A DNA stretch of 32,000 nt, from the sequence record MK250029.1. One strand, 5' to 3'. The position numbers and the translations under genes are program-made. The stretch is from Prevotella phage Lak-C1. Within the stretch, counting starts at the first letter, position 1; every line of letters starts with the position of its first letter. Below are positions 9,625 through 18,679 of this stretch, piece by piece. The notes below the pieces were generated by a model that saw only the letters and a program-made list of their open reading frames with translations, searched no databases and was not told where the DNA came from.

Positions 9625-10668
9625 TTATGCCTGATAAGAATACTTGTCAAACATTGAATCAATATTAGAGGGATGTACAGCATTAATGCCGATTTCATCG
9701 CATTTTCTTAATGTATCATGAAAATCATCTATAAGACATACATCCTTAAGATCCCACTTCATCTTATGAGCAAGCTGCTCAATAAAGACGTGCTTGAAAT
9801 TTTTATTTCCAACGAACATTCGGTTCTCAACAGGAATTTCAGGAAAATATTTATCAAGCCATTCATTCTTCTCCTTCCACGCAATTGAATTGGCACATGC
9901 AGTAACAATATATACATTATTCATGTCATAATGTTCCTTTACAAAATCAATAACATGTTTCACTGGTTTCAGATTTTTAAATAGTTCGCTACTTACAAAA
10001 TCGGAATTACCATGAATGTCAAGTTTTGCTTTGCCATAACAGGCTAATGTACCATCCATGTCAAGAAGTAAATACTTATTAGTAAAATAATCAACACGTA
10101 TGAATTCATCTACTAATGGAATATATTTATTCTTACATGCTTCAATACGTAAGTTTTTCTTATAAATATCTTCAACTGGAACTTTACGAGTTCGACCTTG
10201 AAGTCTCTTTATACAAACTTCTACTGGAGTATCGAAGAATACACAAGTAATCTTATCTACATTATGTTCTCTCAAATAATCTATAATACTAAGATTATAA
10301 TGATTATTAATTCCACCACCATCAAGAATAATATTAACGTTTAGATTTTTTGATTTTGCAATTTCAAAAATCATTCGTCTTGCTAATTGAACAGAATCCT
10401 CATGAACAACTTCAGGATGTTCATCAGTATATCCTTCTAACATAGGTTTAATTTCATCGGCAGAAATAATCCATGTAGAATTATCAATTAAATTATTCTC
10501 TAATGTCTCATTAATTTCTTCAAATGAATAATCATCAAATGGATGTGTTGTTGATAATAGAGTTGACAACATATCACATAAATGACCTGCATCTGAATAA
10601 TTATTTGATATAAACGTAGACTTGCCAGAACATGGTAACCCTACGAAATACATAAACTTACTGATCAT
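9625..10668 (-). CDS. pnk: Polynucleotide kinase / 3'-phosphatase (T4 Pnk-like)
   Basis: N-terminal P-loop GLPCSGKST; C-terminal HAD phosphatase LLLDMDGTLACYG, IVTACAN and CLIDDFHDT. No TAG codons. Confidence 0.85.
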   Translation of the reverse strand: MISKFMYFVGLPCSGKSTFISNNYSDAGHLCDMLSTLLSTTHPFDDYSFEEINETLENNLIDNSTWIISADEIKPMLEGYTDEHPEVVHEDSVQLARRMIFEIAKSKNLNVNIILDGGGINNHYNLSIIDYLREHNVDKITCVFFDTPVEVCIKRLQGRTRKVPVEDIYKKNLRIEACKNKYIPLVDEFIRVDYFTNKYLLLDMDGTLACYGKAKLDIHGNSDFVSSELFKNLKPVKHVIDFVKEHYDMNNVYIVTACANSIAWKEKNEWLDKYFPEIPVENRMFVGNKNFKHVFIEQLAHKMKWDLKDVCLIDDFHDTLRKCDEIGINAVHPSNIDSMFDKYSYQA

Positions 10669-10674
10669 AACCTA

Positions 10675-11610
10675 TTATAAATTAAATTGATCTTTAATTC
10701 TATCCCATTTTCTATGTAATATATCTGTACATTGTATAGCATAATTATATAACTTAATAACATCATTTTTTCTAGAAAAATATGCTTGTATACAATTATG
10801 ATTATCTATACGTAAATGAAAATTAATATTATAATACTAATTAATAAGATTAAATAATTCAATATATAAAGATTTCCAACTTATATGATTACTTATGGAT
10901 ATTGATATACTATTTCTCGATTTAGAAATACATCCATCACCATCTAGAAATCCTATTAAAAAATATATTAAATATACTTTATCATAGAATATTGAAATAT
11001 CTGGAGGATTATATGTTTTCTACTTATTTATGAGATTAAAAGTTTTTAACCATTTTTCACAAAATGATTTATCTCCTATACGTATATAACAATTCATATA
11101 TTTCCCAAAAGTAGAATTTGCTTCATGTTCTCTAACATTTGTATTTAATTTATCTGCTAATAACTATAAATTATGTTTATCTTTATTAGAAAGAGATATA
11201 ATAAATTCATTTCTTGCAGATATACAACCGTCAGCCATAAAAAATCCCCACCAATAATAGACTTCTTTATTATTTAAATTATTCATAAAATTTAAATTAC
11301 CATGTCTACGACGATTTATATTATGTGAAAATTTCATTCGTTCACACGCTTGAAACTAAATAGCATTATAACTAAGATTTGGAAATGCATCTAATAATTC
11401 CTATTTAGATGCATTATACCATAAATCTCTTAATTTTTCATTATTTTCATTAGTCCACTTAAAATTACAATGTATTTGTAATTCATGAGCTTTCTTTTTA
11501 ATTGCACTTTTTGTTCTATTTGGTAATAATTTAATACATTCAGTTAATCCTGATATAGGATAATACTACTTTAATATATTAATTTCATTATCAGTCCAAA
11601 AATTATACAT
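10675..11610 (-). CDS. LAGLIDADG-type homing endonuclease with N-terminal Myb/SANT-like domain; five in-frame TAGs
   Basis: With TAG=Q: MYNFWTDNEINILKQYYPISGLTECIKLLPNRTKSAIKKKAHELQ... YYWWGFFMADGCIS ... YLIYFLIGFLDGDGCIS ... two LAGLIDADG-like motifs. Absent from the ORF track because of the TAGs. Confidence 0.88.
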
Positions 11611-11628
11611 AGAAAATTAATATTAATT

Positions 11629-13209
11629 TTAGATTGTGCCATCAAGAAGTTTATGAACTGCATCTTGACGTGTTTTACGAATTTCTGCAAGTGTAAACTC
11701 TTTTACAAGCTTACCGTCTTCAAACACCGTCTTCAATTCATTCTTATCTGATGCTTCATCTTCAATAGAAACTCGATCAATAGGTTTATAATTACCATTT
11801 TCATCCTTTACAACCATAATAAGACCACGATGTGATTTCTTTGGTGTACCAGTAACAGTCTTTGGATCTTTAAAAATTTCAATAGATTTCCCATTTACAG
11901 AGCACCATGTTGCCTTACATGCAAATGCTAATTGATCTCTAGTATTCATTTGGAAAGAAAATGATCCAATTCCCAAAATCAAATTAGTAGCAGCAAACAT
12001 CTTATCTTCAAGTTGTGCATAAATCATTCTTTGACGTTTCATATTGATAGAATCACCATAAAGAAGTCCAATATGTGTATCAAGTACTTTATATCCCTTC
12101 TTATTAAATGTTCCACCAAATGTATTCCAAAGAAATTCATATGAACCCATCTTTACAAATTGATCATTTGCTTCTGAATCACCACAAATAATCTTTACAG
12201 GATCACCACTATCAGGACGGATAACTACTCGACCATTTCGACTCATAATCTGTTCCTTATACTTAGGTACGATCTTTGTAATAAAATACCAGTAATCATA
12301 TCCGTCTGCTACAATAGAAATAATACCATCAGGAAATTCATCAAGCATTCTCTTAAAATAAATTTCATCATCAGGAATACCAGAATCATTTGTTGCATTT
12401 GAACATTCCACTGAATGTTCTGTTGCTGGTACTGTAGCTGCAATTAATTCTTTCTTAGGGTCTGCTTTATAATAGTACTCAATCATTTTAATTGCAGGTA
12501 CCGATTCAGAACCACAAAATGATGTAAGATGTGCCATGCCTGAAGTGATTGTAGTTTCAAGAGAACTCATACCTCTCATTGAAAAATCATGACACAAGAA
12601 ATCAAGGTTAGACAAATCATTAGGATTATAAAAACCTGTTTTCATTGCATGTCTAACAAGTTCACGTCTATAAACATCTGAAATTGTAGCGGATGTCATT
12701 GGTTGCCACAAAATATTTGAAAGAATAGACTCCAAATAATTAGTAAGCCAAGCAAAATCAGGATGTGTGTTTGTGATTGTCAAAACAGGGCATCCGATTG
12801 GACAATATGAACCTTCAGGAAGTGCCTTAATTCTAATAGGGAGATAACCAAGTTTATGTAAAGCTATAATGTGATCTACACCTACCTTCTTTGCAACTGC
12901 TTCACCAAGAAATGATGTAGTTAAATCAGTATATGTTTTTCTAACAGTATCTTCATCAAGATTAAAGAAGAAATTATTAAACGTATTAATAAGATACTTC
13001 TTGATAAAATACTGAATACCAAATACAACTACACCTTCATTTGCCTCTGGGAGGTACTTATTTCCTCGTGGTGTAAAATTACTAAAAAGTTGTGTCATTC
13101 CCTTAGGGTACATACAGTGATGACCAAGCTTGTAGCCATCAGTCATAAGCATTGCATTGAGAAGTATGTCTTCTACCATTACATGCTGAGAATCTTTTAC
13201 GTCTGTCAT
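11629..13209 (-). CDS. nadV: Nicotinamide phosphoribosyltransferase (NAMPT/NadV)
   Basis: MTDGYKLGHHCMYPKGMTQLFSNFTPRGNKY..., HDFSMRGMSSLE, GTSATEHSV-like PATEHSVECSNA, GRVVIRPDSGDP, GLLYGDSI. No TAG codons. Confidence 0.96.
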   Translation of the reverse strand: MTDVKDSQHVMVEDILLNAMLMTDGYKLGHHCMYPKGMTQLFSNFTPRGNKYLPEANEGVVVFGIQYFIKKYLINTFNNFFFNLDEDTVRKTYTDLTTSFLGEAVAKKVGVDHIIALHKLGYLPIRIKALPEGSYCPIGCPVLTITNTHPDFAWLTNYLESILSNILWQPMTSATISDVYRRELVRHAMKTGFYNPNDLSNLDFLCHDFSMRGMSSLETTITSGMAHLTSFCGSESVPAIKMIEYYYKADPKKELIAATVPATEHSVECSNATNDSGIPDDEIYFKRMLDEFPDGIISIVADGYDYWYFITKIVPKYKEQIMSRNGRVVIRPDSGDPVKIICGDSEANDQFVKMGSYEFLWNTFGGTFNKKGYKVLDTHIGLLYGDSINMKRQRMIYAQLEDKMFAATNLILGIGSFSFQMNTRDQLAFACKATWCSVNGKSIEIFKDPKTVTGTPKKSHRGLIMVVKDENGNYKPIDRVSIEDEASDKNELKTVFEDGKLVKEFTLAEIRKTRQDAVHKLLDGTI

Positions 13210-13326
13210 AAAATTAATTTATTTGTTTTTATTATTTGATTACAATAATAATCTGTTTGTTTGATTAAACTGTAATCGTTATTTATATATTATGTTAACT
13301 TTAAAGTCTATATTTTTTATTAAAAA

Positions 13327-13360
13327 AATAACATCCTATTTTCGCAAACAAGATGTTATT
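13327..13360 (-). terminator. Intrinsic-terminator-like hairpin
   Basis: aataacatc / gatgttatt with a T run on the minus strand. Confidence 0.7.
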
Positions 13361-13415
13361 ATTTGATTTAATTTTTTGTATGTTTAATTATAAAAATAAA
13401 AAGTTCATTATTTAA

Positions 13416-13961
13416 TTAAGCAACTTCACGTACTTCCCAATCACTGATTTCTACATCATACTTTTCTTTGTTAATTGAAATAGATTTGATGTTCTTAAGT
13501 GACAATGTACGATATTCAATAACTGCAGTACTTGCCTTTTTCTTTGGCATAAATCTTTCCATATATGCTTTGTCAACTACAGAAATTGGTTCATCATTAA
13601 GAATAATATTATTCTTGCAGTAGTTGTTAGGAATGTAAATCAAACATACATTACCTGTACTGATATACTGCATGATGACATTCTTAACAATATGACGTCT
13701 ATTTGTATCAGTTGCCTTATAATCTTCTCCAAGAATTTTACTCATTGTTTTCTCATAATCCTGTCCAAAATGGAAAGTTACAGAGAAACTTGTACGAGGA
13801 TGAAAGTCATCCTTGATTCTTTCCTTTGGAAGACCATCGGTGTTGAACTTATTCAACTTAATATCTGATTCGCCATAAACGGTTACATATTTACCATTAC
13901 ACTTGGCATTTGCCATAATGTTGATAAACTCGTCTACTGATGTGATAATATTTGTATTCAT
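13416..13961 (-). CDS. Hypothetical phage protein, 181 aa
   Basis: ORF without TAG, TAA stop. Confidence 0.65.
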   Translation of the reverse strand: MNTNIITSVDEFINIMANAKCNGKYVTVYGESDIKLNKFNTDGLPKERIKDDFHPRTSFSVTFHFGQDYEKTMSKILGEDYKATDTNRRHIVKNVIMQYISTGNVCLIYIPNNYCKNNIILNDEPISVVDKAYMERFMPKKKASTAVIEYRTLSLKNIKSISINKEKYDVEISDWEVREVA

Positions 13962-14198
13962 AATCTTTATTTTTAATTGTTTATTATTTCATTAACAATA
14001 CAAAGATACACATTTTATTTTGAATAAAAAAATATATAGAGATAAAAACTATATTTTACTTAAAATTATCTCTGATGAATTTATCTATCACATCTTTTAC
14101 AGAATTACATTTAAATTGCGTTTCAACATAACTACCAGTCCAATCTGTATGAACTTTAAAGTTATCTAAAAACCATTTAGAAATTTTTTCTTTATTCA

Positions 14199-14453
14199 TC
14201 ATTTTTGATTTTTTAAGTCATCAACCAATCGTTCTGTTTCTTTTAATAGAAAACGCAATACTATAAATAATCCACAAAGGATAAAAATAAACATAATCCA
14301 TAATATAGTATTATTATCATGTTTTTCCATTAATATAAAAAACATAATTATATCTATAGATGTAAACGGAAGAATTAAATATATTATCCAATTTATTATA
14401 TGGCGCCAAATTCGTTCTTCTATATAATTATTTTGTTTTATATTATTATTCAT
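14199..14453 (-). CDS. Small membrane protein with two predicted TM segments
   Basis: IINWIIYLILPFTSIDIIMFFILM and ILWIMFIFILCGLFIVLRFLL. Confidence 0.55.
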   Translation of the reverse strand: MNNNIKQNNYIEERIWRHIINWIIYLILPFTSIDIIMFFILMEKHDNNTILWIMFIFILCGLFIVLRFLLKETERLVDDLKNQK

Positions 14454-14458
14454 ATTAC

Positions 14459-14836
14459 TTATTGTTTAATTTCTCTTTCTAAAATATTCTTTAATACCCA
14501 TAATAACATATTATATGCAGTTTCTAACATATTATCATCTGCCGTAGTTTCTGCATGATAAATATCATCATTTTTAATATATTGTAATTGAATACATACA
14601 GGAGTAATAACGAGGAAATAATCTAATGTTATAATATCATCAATACGTTTATAAATATCTTCTAACGTATATGTATAAAAACCTAATTTACATTTGATAA
14701 TAGTATCAATATACTTTTCATTTTTATTTAAATTATATTGTCCCTTACCCATATAAACAAGGGAAGCATCTGAAACATCAAGACCTGCATTAATAAGAGT
14801 ATCCATCTGTTTCTTTGTTAAAGCTATTTTGTTCAT
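14459..14836 (-). CDS. Hypothetical protein, 125 aa
   Basis: ORF without TAG. Confidence 0.55.
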   Translation of the reverse strand: MNKIALTKKQMDTLINAGLDVSDASLVYMGKGQYNLNKNEKYIDTIIKCKLGFYTYTLEDIYKRIDDIITLDYFLVITPVCIQLQYIKNDDIYHAETTADDNMLETAYNMLLWVLKNILEREIKQ

Positions 14837-14891
14837 AATTATTTCGTTTTTATATTACTATACAAAGATACATATTTTATTCTAAATAAAA

Positions 14892-14924
14892 AAGAGAGAT
14901 ACTAAAATATAAAGTATCTCTCTT
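14892..14924 (-). terminator. Intrinsic-terminator-like hairpin downstream of sigma gene region
   Basis: aagagagatact / agtatctctctt, T run on minus strand. Confidence 0.75.
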
Positions 14925-14931
14925 AAAATTA

Positions 14932-15948
14932 TTACATGATATATTGTAAAAGCATTCTTGTTTCTTCATCTTGTCCGAGTTTTTTATTAGCCTCTCTCAA
15001 AATCTAATTAACTCGTGTTTCTGTCATATTGTTTTCTTCTGCAATTTGCCAGGTATTTTTCTCTGGACGACCATTAATAGCGTAGCATGCACAAACAATT
15101 TCACCATTTCTTTTACCCATAACTCTCTTAATATTATCTTCAAGTTCTCTTGTTAAATCTTCATTTTCAAGGTTACTTCCAGGCTCATTGAAAACATTAT
15201 TTGTTGTCATATCACCTAATGTTACTTTAGAATCTCCGCCATCTCCAACAGATTGATCTAAACTATTTGCACGAGCATTTGCTTTCATCGTCTATACAAA
15301 TGAATCATAAGTTAAATTAGGGTGTTTCTTAACTAATACATCATAAATATCATCAATATCAGGTTCATAACCATTCTTATTAAATAAACGTTCTTTTACA
15401 CGAGCAGCTTCACGAGCAATACTACCCATATTACGAGGAACTGCCATATGACCACCTACTTCATCAACTGCCATCATAATCTCACGACGAATATACCAAA
15501 TAGCATATGATACAAATTTTACATCTTTTTCTGGTGTACTTGGATCATATGTTTCAGCCGCTTTCATAAGTCCAATATTACCATATTGAATTAAATCTTC
15601 TTTAGGAATATTAAGATTTTTATACTTATTAACAACAGAAACTACAAATGGAAGATTTGCAGAAACTAATTTATTTTTTGCAGCTTCTACCTGCCTCTTA
15701 TTTGGTGAATGCTGAATAATATCTGCAAGTTTACATTCATCTTCCTATGATAATCTTTGTTTCTTATTAATTGCTTTTAAATATGCTACAAATGATTTTG
15801 CTGTATTTTCATCCTATGTAATAGTAAAATCATCATGTAAATCCATATGCATTCCATTATTATCTTCATTAAGAGTATTTCGTAATGAACGAGAAATACC
15901 TTCCATAAGGCTATTATACAATGCTTTCTTTTTATTAATTACTCTCAT
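14932..15948 (-). CDS. RNA polymerase sigma-70-like factor; in-frame TAGs at 15814, 15745, 15292, 15004
   Basis: With TAG=Q: MRVINKKKALYNSLMEG...NKLVSANLPFVVSVVNKYKNLNIPKEDLIQYGNIGLMKAAETYDPS...KFVSYAIWYIRREIMMAVDE (region 2) ... RNGEIVCACYAINGRPEKNTWQIAEENNMTETRVNQILREANKKLG (region 4). Split into two ORFs in the track. Confidence 0.93.
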
Positions 15949-16048
15949 ATTTTATTTAATAAATTAATTTCAATAATTTATTATATTTATCAATATATAA
16001 AAATAGAGAATAGTTATCCCAACTATTCTCTATTATAATTTAGTTATC

Positions 16049-16600
16049 CTATACAATATTTAATATATGTTTAATCTTTTCTATATCATTATCTGTTATC
16101 CCCGTATAATTATCAATGTGCACAAAATTATTCATTTGTTTGTCTAACATATCTTTATCATCATCTACAATACAATACTCTATATTTAAATTATCACTAT
16201 TAAAAAAATTTATATCATATAATGCAATATTATATGTTTGCGCACTTTTATCTAATACAATCGTTAAAAAATCATCTATTTCTTTTCCACGTGGTATATT
16301 ATCTAAATTTATATAATTTGGTGTTATTCCGACTATATATTTGTTTAAGGGTTTTAAATCTTTATATCGTTCAAATTCATGTTTTGTTGCTTCTAATGTA
16401 AATATTCTCCAAGATGATGATATAACTAATCTTACATTATACTTTTCACAAAGTTCTTTTATTTTAAAAACTGCTTTTTTATCGATAAAAATATCGCCTC
16501 CATTTTTTATATATTCTTTTCCTTCGTTGTTCTCTGTACACCATATTGCATATTCTTCTGAATTTAAAACACCATCTATATCTAAAAATAAAAGTTTCAT
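16049..16600 (-). CDS. HAD-superfamily hydrolase
   Basis: MKLLFLDIDGVLNSEEY, VRLVISSSWR, YCIVDDDKDM. Confidence 0.8.
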   Translation of the reverse strand: MKLLFLDIDGVLNSEEYAIWCTENNEGKEYIKNGGDIFIDKKAVFKIKELCEKYNVRLVISSSWRIFTLEATKHEFERYKDLKPLNKYIVGITPNYINLDNIPRGKEIDDFLTIVLDKSAQTYNIALYDINFFNSDNLNIEYCIVDDDKDMLDKQMNNFVHIDNYTGITDNDIEKIKHILNIV

Positions 16601-16624
16601 AATTTACAATATATCTTATTTCAT

Positions 16625-16951
16625 TTAATCATCATCAAAATTATCATATATAGAAATTTTATTCTTTTTTCTCTCTTTATGTTTTTCAATACAAGGGAAA
16701 CAGTATTCACCAATACCTTTTATATATTTTTCATTTGTATATGTTGGTTCACCTTTAAAATTAAAATTTCGTTGTTCACCGTATGCAATATGTTTCTTCT
16801 TTTTCCATTTAACAACTTTATCATGTTGTACTTCAATATCTCTGAGCTCTTTATATTTATTTTTTATTTTATATTTTTTATCGCCTTCTATAATAAAACT
16901 AGATGAACCTTTTTTACTAATCTTGTGTGACTGATGATAACTTCTAGACAT
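16625..16951 (-). CDS. Hypothetical basic protein
   Basis: MSRSYHQSHKISKKGSSSF...CFPCIEKHKE; its 5' end lies inside a tandem repeat. Confidence 0.5.
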   Translation of the reverse strand: MSRSYHQSHKISKKGSSSFIIEGDKKYKIKNKYKELRDIEVQHDKVVKWKKKKHIAYGEQRNFNFKGEPTYTNEKYIKGIGEYCFPCIEKHKERKKNKISIYDNFDDD

Positions 16952-17043
16952 TTTTAGATATTTAACTTAATAACATTTTCTTACTAATCTTATGTGACTG
17001 ATGATAACTTCTAGACATCTTTTAGATATTTAACTTAATAACA
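16914..17043. repeat. Near-perfect tandem duplication of 63 bp (16914-16976 and 16981-17043)
   Basis: ttactaatcttgtgtgactgatgataacttctagacatttttagatatttaacttaataacat repeated with two mismatches. Confidence 0.95.
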
Positions 17044-17239
17044 TATATAACTTTTATAATATATGTGAAATTAACCTGAGAAAACTATATTAATATAGAA
17101 AGATAATTATCTAAATCTTATCTTTTTTATAAATATAAATTAAACTAAATTTATATACATAAGTTATAACTTAAATTCTTCCAATGACTTAAAGATATAA
17201 CCTGTAAAACGTATTTAAATTTAATCACATTATATTTTA

Positions 17240-17545
17240 TTATTTATCTAATATATTATATATTTTATTTTTAAAATGTTTTAAAAAATCTTGATATTGC
17301 TCATAATTTAATTCAATAAAATCATATTTTAATTTGAAATCAGTATTATTATTTGATAAACCATAATAAGAATCTGGTTGTTTATACAACGTCTGTTTAT
17401 TATAATAAATTTTATATCTATCGTAAATACGACTTGAATAACCAGATGAATTATCTTTTTCAATAGAAATAATACTACTTATCGGTATGATTTGACCATC
17501 TTGCGTTTTAATATAATCATATTTTTTCTTTAATTTTATTGACAT
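17240..17545 (-). CDS. Hypothetical protein
   Basis: ORF, 101 aa, TAG-free. Confidence 0.5.
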   Translation of the reverse strand: MSIKLKKKYDYIKTQDGQIIPISSIISIEKDNSSGYSSRIYDRYKIYYNKQTLYKQPDSYYGLSNNNTDFKLKYDFIELNYEQYQDFLKHFKNKIYNILDK

Positions 17546-17556
17546 AATTTTTGTAA

Positions 17557-17964
17557 TTAATAACCCATATAATCATCTATTTCATCACATAAATCTAAAA
17601 ATTCTTCCTGTATTGCATTATCCAAAATTTGAAATTCTCTGCGTTCGTTATATTCATCTTCTGATTTAATCGCATCTGCCCAATCCGCATCAATATCATA
17701 TACTTTTCTTGTATCTGTTGACATAACACGAATCATATTATGAATTTCTTTTTGCTTTCTAAATCCATAATCAGAAATATATCGTTCTACAAGAATTTCT
17801 TTTTTAAATATAGGAATAATACAAATAAGTTTCGTATTCATTTCATCTTTCTCACATGAATGAATACCAGGAATCAACAATGCAGACTTACCTGTTTCTA
17901 CATTTATATTATATGATGTATTACTGCGAAGAAATACAAGATCTCCAATTTTAAATTCTGCCAT
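17557..17964 (-). CDS. Hypothetical protein, 135 aa
   Basis: ORF with MAEFKIGDLVFLRSN... start, TAA stop. Confidence 0.6.
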   Translation of the reverse strand: MAEFKIGDLVFLRSNTSYNINVETGKSALLIPGIHSCEKDEMNTKLICIIPIFKKEILVERYISDYGFRKQKEIHNMIRVMSTDTRKVYDIDADWADAIKSEDEYNERREFQILDNAIQEEFLDLCDEIDDYMGY

Positions 17965-18116
17965 AATTTTAATATCTTATTAATATTGTTTATTATTTAC
18001 AATACAAAGATACACATATTATTTGAATTAAAAAAATAAAAAAGAAAAATCTTAATATATTATTTCTATAATAAGAATGTATATATTAAGATTTAACGTT
18101 TTAGCCAATGAAATAG

Positions 18117-18217
18117 TAGATGTAGAGAGACTTGAACTCCCAAATTTCACACCTAGAATACTATGAAATAAACTCAAAATATTATTGAGTTGCGTTTACC
18201 CATTTCGCCATACATCT
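18117..18217 (-). tRNA. Class II tRNA-like gene (long variable region), non-canonical anticodon loop, isotype uncertain
   Basis: Acceptor AGATGTA/TACATCT (7/7); D-arm GCG-AAATGGGTAAA-CGC; T-arm GGGAG-TTCAAGT-CTCTC; anticodon-arm candidate CTCAA-TAATATT-TTGAG lacks T33. Confidence 0.6.
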
Positions 18218-18429
18218 ATAAAAAGGTAGTTTCTTATCCGAATGCAGTCTAACTACCAAACCTTGAGTATCACATTTCGTACGTTTCCCAGATATTGTGA
18301 CATCTGCTTACTATATTACTATAATAAGTTAATCCTTGAATCACTTAAACCTAATTTAATAGGGATACATGTCAATTCATGATTAAAAAGTCTTTAGCTT
18401 AACAATATTAAAAAATATCGCAAGGATTG

Positions 18430-18501
18430 CAGCCCTAATAAGATTCGAACTTATAACATCACAATTAAATATTATGCGCTCTACCATTGAGCTATAGGGC
18501 C
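18430..18501 (-). tRNA. tRNA-like gene, anticodon position reads TTT but position 33 is A
   Basis: Acceptor GGCCCTA/TAGGGCT (one G.T), D-stem GCTC/GAGC, anticodon stem CATAA/TTGTG, loop TATTTAA, T-arm ATAAG-TTCGAAT-CTTAT. Confidence 0.65.
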
Positions 18502-18537
18502 AAGGTCTTATTTTAAATTTCCACGCAATAAGACCTT
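18502..18537. repeat. Perfect 11-bp inverted repeat directly 5' of the 18430-18501 tRNA-like gene
   Basis: aaggtcttatt / aataagacctt. Confidence 0.85.
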
Positions 18538-18588
18538 AGATTTTTGTAGATATGTGTTCATAGTACTTAAACTAATGCTTGTAAATAT

Positions 18589-18679
18589 ACTGACGTGTTA
18601 ACCACTTCACCAATCGCCCATATATATTGTTTTTGCTTTAATTGAGGGCAATACGGGAATCGAACCCGTGTTGGTCAGT
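18589..18679 (-). tRNA. Apparent circularly permuted tRNA gene: T-half (18679-18645) precedes D-half (18619-18589)
   Basis: Minus strand: ACTGA CCAAC ACGGG TTCGATT CCCGT ATTGCCC T - 25 nt - GGGCGAT TG GTG AAGTGGTTAA CAC G TCAGT. Rotated, it gives acceptor GGGCGAT/ATTGCCC (7/7 with one G.T) and anticodon stem TCAGT/ACTGA (5/5). Confidence 0.6.

Noticed and set aside
18117-18217. Possible CTA anticodon (TTCTAGG) in the class II tRNA-like gene, implying a third amber tRNA
   Set aside because: Flanking bases do not form an acceptable 5-bp anticodon stem (TAGTA versus TGTGA), while the CTCAA/TTGAG stem upstream pairs perfectly.
18502-18537. Calling the AAGGTCTTATT inverted repeat a terminator
   Set aside because: No adjacent T tract on either strand as in the other hairpins; it more likely relates to tRNA processing, so it is listed only as an inverted repeat.
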